A stretch of DNA of 64,000 bases, taken from assembly GCA_041940025.1 (NCBI GenBank), contig JBGTSY010000002.1, forward strand, positions 129,396-193,395, in the 5' to 3' direction. A model generated the notes under the pieces. That model saw only the letters and a list, made by a program, of their open reading frames with translations. It did not search any database and was not told where the DNA came from. This DNA comes from Thiotrichaceae bacterium. GTDB taxonomy: Bacteria; Pseudomonadota; Gammaproteobacteria; UBA5859. Position 1 is the stretch's first letter. Each line of letters opens with the position of its first letter. Positions 58,805-64,000 of this stretch are shown piece after piece. The position numbers and the translations under genes were made by a program.

Positions 58805-60109
58805 TTAATTCAGATCTGCAAGTAGTAAGGCACCAAAGTCGCTTGAGCCCGGAGCGGGATCCAGCGCAAATGCAGTGCGGATTTGACCATCCGTTAAGAC
58901 AACCGCACCGGAATCGATTGCCACAGTCTTGGTGTCGGCGACCGCGATGAGTACGCGATAGGTACCTGCCGGTACTTCCAAGTACCCACTATCTTGTTTG
59001 AAATCAAAGTCTTCGATAGCTGGATCGATACTGGAAATGTCATCTGTACCGGCGGTGATATAAATATCCACTAATCCAGCGCTGGGTGCAGCGTGAACTA
59101 GCCTCAATTTAATGTTGCCGACCTCCGGTTGGCTGTTATCGTCAACCAGCACCAAAGGTTCGATGCTTGCTAAGAAATTCACTGCGGCAACGGTGTAGTC
59201 AGTACCGGCATCGATACCAAGGTCGGCGTCAATGACAGTGGCATTGGAGGCAGCAGCGTTGACTTTGAGATTGGTCTCACCCGAAAGAATGGTCAAATAT
59301 TCCGAACCGATTCCAAATGGCACATCGCTCAAAGCCACTTCGTCGTTGACCAGCACATTCACTTCCGGCGCATCGGCGGAGGCGTGTACGGCTCGTACCC
59401 GGGCTCGAGCATCATTCAGTGCGATGACAGGTGTTTTCTTACTTTCTTGCATCAACACTAAGCCGATGGGAGAAAGTCCCGTAGACACCTCAGTGGCCAC
59501 TGCAATGATCTCACTACCCGCAGGGATATTCAGCGGTCCGGAATCATAGACTACATTGGAGTCGCCGGCTAAGGTGGCACGAACTCGATAGTCACCTGCC
59601 GCCACTTCCAACTCATCAGAGACTGCTTTGAACGGCACTGCAGAGAGCGTAGGGGTAGCGCCAACAAGATTGTCTTCTGCACCGGTGATGTAGATATCTA
59701 CTTCGGGTATGCTGGGTGCCGCATGAACCACTTGCAACTGAATAAAGCCTTCGGCAGGAGAATCAGCCTCGTTGGCGATGACCAGCGGTTCAATGCTCGC
59801 CACGTTATTCAATGCTACGATGGTGTATTCCACGCCTTTTTGAAGATCCACATCGGCGCTAATGACTGCAGTGTCAGTGCCAGCGGGTCGGACTTCAATC
59901 GGTGTGTTACCTTTCAATGCGGGAAGGAATCCAGTTCCTTCTCGGTAGTTGAGATCTTTCGCTACTTTGATACCACGGGCAGTGATGTCCACTGCAGGGG
60001 CGTCAGGAGAGGCATGTAAGAATCTGACTTTGACGATCGATTCTTCGTTACATCCTGCAAGTGAAATACCGAGCACGGATGCCATTGCTAATGAGAGGGG
60101 ACGTTTCAT
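58805..60109 (-). CDS. DUF4397-repeat lipoprotein
   Basis: lipobox SLAGC; ~4 internal repeats of a ~100-aa module (…RFLHASPDAPAVDI…, …QVVHAAPSIPEVDIYI…, …RAVHASADAPEVNVLV…, …RLVHAAPSAGLVDIYI…). Confidence 0.6.
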   Translation of the reverse strand: MKRPLSLAMASVLGISLAGCNEESIVKVRFLHASPDAPAVDITARGIKVAKDLNYREGTGFLPALKGNTPIEVRPAGTDTAVISADVDLQKGVEYTIVALNNVASIEPLVIANEADSPAEGFIQLQVVHAAPSIPEVDIYITGAEDNLVGATPTLSAVPFKAVSDELEVAAGDYRVRATLAGDSNVVYDSGPLNIPAGSEIIAVATEVSTGLSPIGLVLMQESKKTPVIALNDARARVRAVHASADAPEVNVLVNDEVALSDVPFGIGSEYLTILSGETNLKVNAAASNATVIDADLGIDAGTDYTVAAVNFLASIEPLVLVDDNSQPEVGNIKLRLVHAAPSAGLVDIYITAGTDDISSIDPAIEDFDFKQDSGYLEVPAGTYRVLIAVADTKTVAIDSGAVVLTDGQIRTAFALDPAPGSSDFGALLLADLN

Positions 60110-60292
60110 ATCTAGCTCCTATAAAATGAAATGATTTGATTAAGCGAGAGCCACTATAGGACACAGAAGGTGAAATCTTGCTCAAGAAAAACTCAAAAAA
60201 ATGTTAATCTTTAAAATCATTTCGCTTAGAAATTGACATTTTTTTCACGCCTGTGCTTCTAAGCTGTGCTAAAGGATTAACTATAGGTACCA

Positions 60293-60856
60293 GTGATGAC
60301 GAATAGAACTAACCAATTGATGCTGAGCAGCCTGCTAAGCAAATCGACAATTTCCGCACTCATATTTGCATGCCTAATTTCATTTGTTGACGCAGTAAAA
60401 GCTGAGGAAACGAAGGTATTGGAAAATTGGCAACAGGTGGGCACAGGCACACTTAAATATTTGGGGTTCCGCTTATATACCGCGAGTTATTACCAGAACG
60501 AGGCGGATGTGGCGTCCAGCGGCGAGGCGCTGCGTATTCAGTATCATCGCCGGATTAAAAGCGACCAACTGCTCTTTGCTACAGAAAAAATCTGGCAGCG
60601 AATGGGCGAGCTCTCTGATGAGCAGATCGAGTTGTATGTGGACAGACTCAGATCTATCTGGCCATCTGTAACCGCAGCGGATGAATTGATATTTAAAGTG
60701 GATAACACTGGTGCAGGTGAGTTTTATTTCAACGGCCAGCTGATTGGTAAGGTGACAGATAGCGCCTTAAGTGATGCCTTTCTAGGGATTTGGTTATCAC
60801 CTGAGAGTCCCAATAAACAACTGAGAAATCAACTTCTCGGTTTAACAAATTCTTGA
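60293..60856 (+). CDS. chalcone-isomerase-like family protein (CFA-synthase operon-associated)
   Basis: signal peptide; …LKYLGFRLYTASYY… motif typical of bacterial chalcone_isomerase-like proteins. Confidence 0.55.
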   Translation: MMTNRTNQLMLSSLLSKSTISALIFACLISFVDAVKAEETKVLENWQQVGTGTLKYLGFRLYTASYYQNEADVASSGEALRIQYHRRIKSDQLLFATEKIWQRMGELSDEQIELYVDRLRSIWPSVTAADELIFKVDNTGAGEFYFNGQLIGKVTDSALSDAFLGIWLSPESPNKQLRNQLLGLTNS

Positions 60857-60859
60857 TCT

Positions 60860-61312
60860 TTGATTGCGTATACTTGTTTCAAATTTAGGGAAACAATTAT
60901 CATGAATATAGAAGAGTTTAAACAGACGTTCCAGCAGATTAATAAAACCAGTCTGCACCTTTTAGAGTCCATTTATGAACCAAATGTGGTTTTTCAGGAT
61001 CCCTTGCATCGCATAGAAGGCTTAAATGCGTTGCGCGATTACTTTTCCCGAATGTATGAAAATGTCAGCCACATTGAATTTGATTTCATTACTCACATTC
61101 AGCAGAACGACATTCACATGCTCACATGGGAGATGCATTTTTCTCATCCGCGACTGAACAGCGGTAGACCGATTCTTGTACCGGGATGCAGCCACTTAAA
61201 GTTCGCTGATAAATGCCTTAACCATAGAGACTATTTTGATCTAGGTGCACTGCTGTACGAAAACATCAGCGGCCTGGGTACGCTGATTCGGTTTGTTAAA
61301 GGAAGGGCTTAA
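60860..61312 (+). CDS. SnoaL-like / NTF2-fold protein
   Basis: 150 aa, pattern typical of nuclear-transport-factor-2-family proteins in cfa-associated operons. Confidence 0.5.
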   Translation: MIAYTCFKFRETIIMNIEEFKQTFQQINKTSLHLLESIYEPNVVFQDPLHRIEGLNALRDYFSRMYENVSHIEFDFITHIQQNDIHMLTWEMHFSHPRLNSGRPILVPGCSHLKFADKCLNHRDYFDLGALLYENISGLGTLIRFVKGRA

Positions 61313-61314
61313 AG

Positions 61315-62082
61315 ATGGATAAAACATATTATGAGAATCGCGTTATCTGGATAACCGGCGCCTCTTATGGGATTGGTAAAGCTTTGGCTGAAGAGATGAG
61401 CCGACGCGGCGCCCGTCTGGCTCTATCTGCACGAAGTGAAGACAAGTTGACTCAACTCGTCGATTCCCTTCCGAACGAAGCCATAGCCTATCCTCTTGAC
61501 GTCACGGATCGAACAGCGAATAAACAGGTTGTCGATCAAATTGTCACAGATTTTGGTCAGTTAGATACGGCTTTATTTAATGCGGGTACCAATCAATATG
61601 TTGAGGTCAATGAGTTCAATAGTGACCCTTTTGAACACATCATGAAAGTCAACTTTATGAGCATGGTATATGGCATTGAGGCGGCCTTGCCTCAACTGAA
61701 GATTTCTCGCCAACCTCATTTGGTCGGGGTGAGTAGCACGGCAGCCTACAATGGTCTGCCCAGAGCAGAGGCCTATGGCGCCAGTAAAGCCGCTATTCGT
61801 AATATGCTTGAGGCTTTAGGATTGAGTTTAATGCCCTTACAGATTCCGGTATCAGTCGTCTGTCCGGGCTTTGTGAAAACACCCTTGACAGACGAAAATG
61901 ATTTTCCTATGCCTTTTCTGGTTGAAGCGGAAGAAGCAGCACGCATCATCGCTGACGAACTGATGCGTTATAAAAAAGAAATACATTTTCCAAAATTGTT
62001 TTCGACTACATTGAAAATAATTTCTTATTTACCTAAATCGTGGTCAGCACGATTATTAGCAAAGACTGTGAGGACGCAATGA
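61315..62082 (+). CDS. short-chain dehydrogenase/reductase (SDR)
   Basis: TGASYGIGKA cofactor motif, YGASKAA catalytic motif. Confidence 0.85.
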   Translation: MDKTYYENRVIWITGASYGIGKALAEEMSRRGARLALSARSEDKLTQLVDSLPNEAIAYPLDVTDRTANKQVVDQIVTDFGQLDTALFNAGTNQYVEVNEFNSDPFEHIMKVNFMSMVYGIEAALPQLKISRQPHLVGVSSTAAYNGLPRAEAYGASKAAIRNMLEALGLSLMPLQIPVSVVCPGFVKTPLTDENDFPMPFLVEAEEAARIIADELMRYKKEIHFPKLFSTTLKIISYLPKSWSARLLAKTVRTQ

Positions 62083-63341
62083 AAATAGCCATTATTGGGG
62101 CAGGAATATCGGGACTGGTGGCCGCACACAAGCTCAAAGCACAACACGAAGTGGTCTTGTATGAAGCCAATAATCATATCGGTGGGCATACTCATACACA
62201 TGAAATTCATGATGGTCAGCAGATCCATCGAATCGATACTGGATTCATTGTTTTTAATGATCGGACTTATCCGAATTTTCTATCTCTACTGAATGAACTG
62301 GGCGTGGCCTATCAAAAAACTCACATGGGCTTTAGTGTCAACCAACGAGACGCAAAATTCGCGTATGCGGGCACTTCCCTCAATGCGCTGTTTGCGCAGC
62401 GTAGCAATTTAGTGAATGTGTCCTTCTGGGGTATGTTAAGAGATATACTTCGTTTTAATCGCCAAGCGGTCAATGATATAAACGAATCGCAAACATTTGG
62501 TGATTATCTATTGAGGGCGAACTATTCTCAGTACTTCATAGAACGGTACATTCTTCCTATGGGAGCGGCTATATGGTCTTCGGATCCGCAGCTCATCTTA
62601 GACATGCCGATGAAGTTTTTTATTCGCTTTTTTGATAATCATGGGTTACTCACCGTAACCAACCAACCTCAGTGGTATGTGATTCGTAATGGTTCTAAGT
62701 CCTACGTAGATTCGTTGATGCAGAGCTTTAACCATCGAGTCGTGACAGAGACACCTGTTCGTGCAGTATATCGAGACGCCAACAAAGTAGGCGTGTTGAC
62801 AGAAAAGTTTGGCAAAGAGATATTTGATGAGGTGATATTTGCATGCCATAGTGATCAAGCATTGTCCCTATTGTCGAATCCCTCTAATGAAGAGCGGGAG
62901 ATATTGAGCGCCATTCCCTATCAGCACAATACTGCTGTATTGCACTCAGACACTCGATTATTGCCCAATCAAAAACGAGCCTGGGCAGCCTGGAATTATC
63001 AGATCAATGAAAACCGGGGCGCGACACTGACCTATAACATGAATATTCTACAGGGATTAAATACATCGCAAACCTATTGCGTGACCTTAAATCAGACAGA
63101 ACAGATCGCGCCAGAGAAAGTAATTAAGGTCTTACAGTATGAACATCCTGTATTTAATGAGCAGAGCGTTGCCGCACAGGGGCGTTGGTCTGAAATATCT
63201 GGTAAGAATCATACTCATTATTGTGGTGCTTACTGGAGATGGGGATTCCATGAGGACGGTGTAGTGAGTGCGTTGAGAGTGGTAGAACAAATCGAGAATG
63301 GAGGCAGGCATGAACAGTTGCCTTTACGTCGGGTCAGTTAA
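62079..63341 (+). CDS. NAD(P)/FAD-dependent amine-oxidase-like oxidoreductase
   Basis: ATGA overlap with SDR; MKIAIIGAGISGLVAAHKL Rossmann; C-terminal …GAYWRWGFHEDGV typical of this cfa-associated oxidase. Confidence 0.75.
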   Translation: MKIAIIGAGISGLVAAHKLKAQHEVVLYEANNHIGGHTHTHEIHDGQQIHRIDTGFIVFNDRTYPNFLSLLNELGVAYQKTHMGFSVNQRDAKFAYAGTSLNALFAQRSNLVNVSFWGMLRDILRFNRQAVNDINESQTFGDYLLRANYSQYFIERYILPMGAAIWSSDPQLILDMPMKFFIRFFDNHGLLTVTNQPQWYVIRNGSKSYVDSLMQSFNHRVVTETPVRAVYRDANKVGVLTEKFGKEIFDEVIFACHSDQALSLLSNPSNEEREILSAIPYQHNTAVLHSDTRLLPNQKRAWAAWNYQINENRGATLTYNMNILQGLNTSQTYCVTLNQTEQIAPEKVIKVLQYEHPVFNEQSVAAQGRWSEISGKNHTHYCGAYWRWGFHEDGVVSALRVVEQIENGGRHEQLPLRRVS

Positions 63342-64000
63342 CCATACTCGATTGCACCCTTTTGAGCACCATTTTAACTACTCTTTGTTTATGGCTTATT
63401 TGGATTTAGCTGAATTGGATGAAGTGTTTCATTCAATCAAGGGATGGGCTTTGAATCGCGCTGCATTGGTGTCGTTTATGAGGAAAGAACATCTCGGAGA
63501 CGAGACGCAAAGTCTGGACCATTCAGTAAGGAAGTTAATTGAGCAATCAACAGGTAAACAGGCTACTGGTCCGATTCGCTTGCTGACTCATTTACGCTAT
63601 TTTGGTCACTGTTTTAATCCCGTTAGTTTCTACTACTGTTTTGATGAGCGAGGTGACACCGCACACACAGTTGTAGCTGAAGTGAATAACATACCTTGGC
63701 ATCAACAACACTGTTATGTGATGCCGGTCAATGATCTTCACCCACAAGGCAGAGTCATGTTAGAAACAGAGAAAGCATTTCACGTGTCACCTTTTTTGCC
63801 TATGGATTTAAGTTATCGCTTTTTACTCTCTGTCCCTGAAGAGAAATTATCGGTGAACATTGATGTGCAGAAAGTATCGCAATCAGTTTTTAATGCCAGT
63901 ATGCAGCTTTCCCGTGTCCCGTTGACACAATTCAATGCTTGGAAAAGTATTGCCAGATTTCCCGCCATGACCATGCAAGTGGTTTTCGGAATCTATTGGC
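63310..64000 (+). CDS. DUF1365 family protein (5' partial within window; runs off 3' end)
   Basis: MNSCLYVGSVNHTRLHPFEHHFNYSLFMAYLDLAELDE… matches DUF1365 N-terminus; overlaps previous stop; no stop before window end. Confidence 0.6.
   Translation, partial: MNSCLYVGSVNHTRLHPFEHHFNYSLFMAYLDLAELDEVFHSIKGWALNRAALVSFMRKEHLGDETQSLDHSVRKLIEQSTGKQATGPIRLLTHLRYFGHCFNPVSFYYCFDERGDTAHTVVAEVNNIPWHQQHCYVMPVNDLHPQGRVMLETEKAFHVSPFLPMDLSYRFLLSVPEEKLSVNIDVQKVSQSVFNASMQLSRVPLTQFNAWKSIARFPAMTMQVVFGIYW

Overview
The window reads as a 64 kb stretch of gammaproteobacterial chromosome at roughly mid-40s % GC, densely coding, with no obvious rRNA, tRNA, CRISPR or IS element seen by eye. The backbone is conserved housekeeping synteny: rpsT, murJ-ribF-ileS-lspA-ispH, bamD-rluD-yfiH-clpB, ilvIHC, pssA, leuA, UDG-rimI, ispG and nadE. 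Several accessory modules are interleaved with it:
- A 9-gene Mrp-type cation/proton antiporter cluster in non-canonical order (E F G B C D D' x A) at 751-8123.
- A type IV minor-pilin cluster (fimT/pilW/pilX/pilV-like) beside pilS-pilR, plus two further FimT-like pilins.
- A compact three-gene RiPP-like cassette at 38245-40244, directly downstream of msrPQ. It encodes a Sec-secreted Cys-rich EGKCG-repeat precursor, a DUF692 (MbnB/HvfB-type MNIO) enzyme and a DUF2063 partner. This is the most interesting system in the window.
- An apparently Fur-box-controlled four-gene module at 49859-53420: outer-membrane porin-like barrel, FMN-binding protein, PepSY-TM protein and a small multicopper oxidase.
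- A DUF4397-repeat lipoprotein next to an OmpR/histidine-kinase pair.
- A ZIP transporter with a His6 loop inserted into the bamD-clpB block.
- A CFA-synthase-associated operon at the 3' end (chalcone-isomerase-like / SnoaL / SDR / amine oxidase / DUF1365).
All calls come from reading the translated ORFs and the DNA by eye. Family assignments are motif-based recognition and need an HMM/BLAST check.
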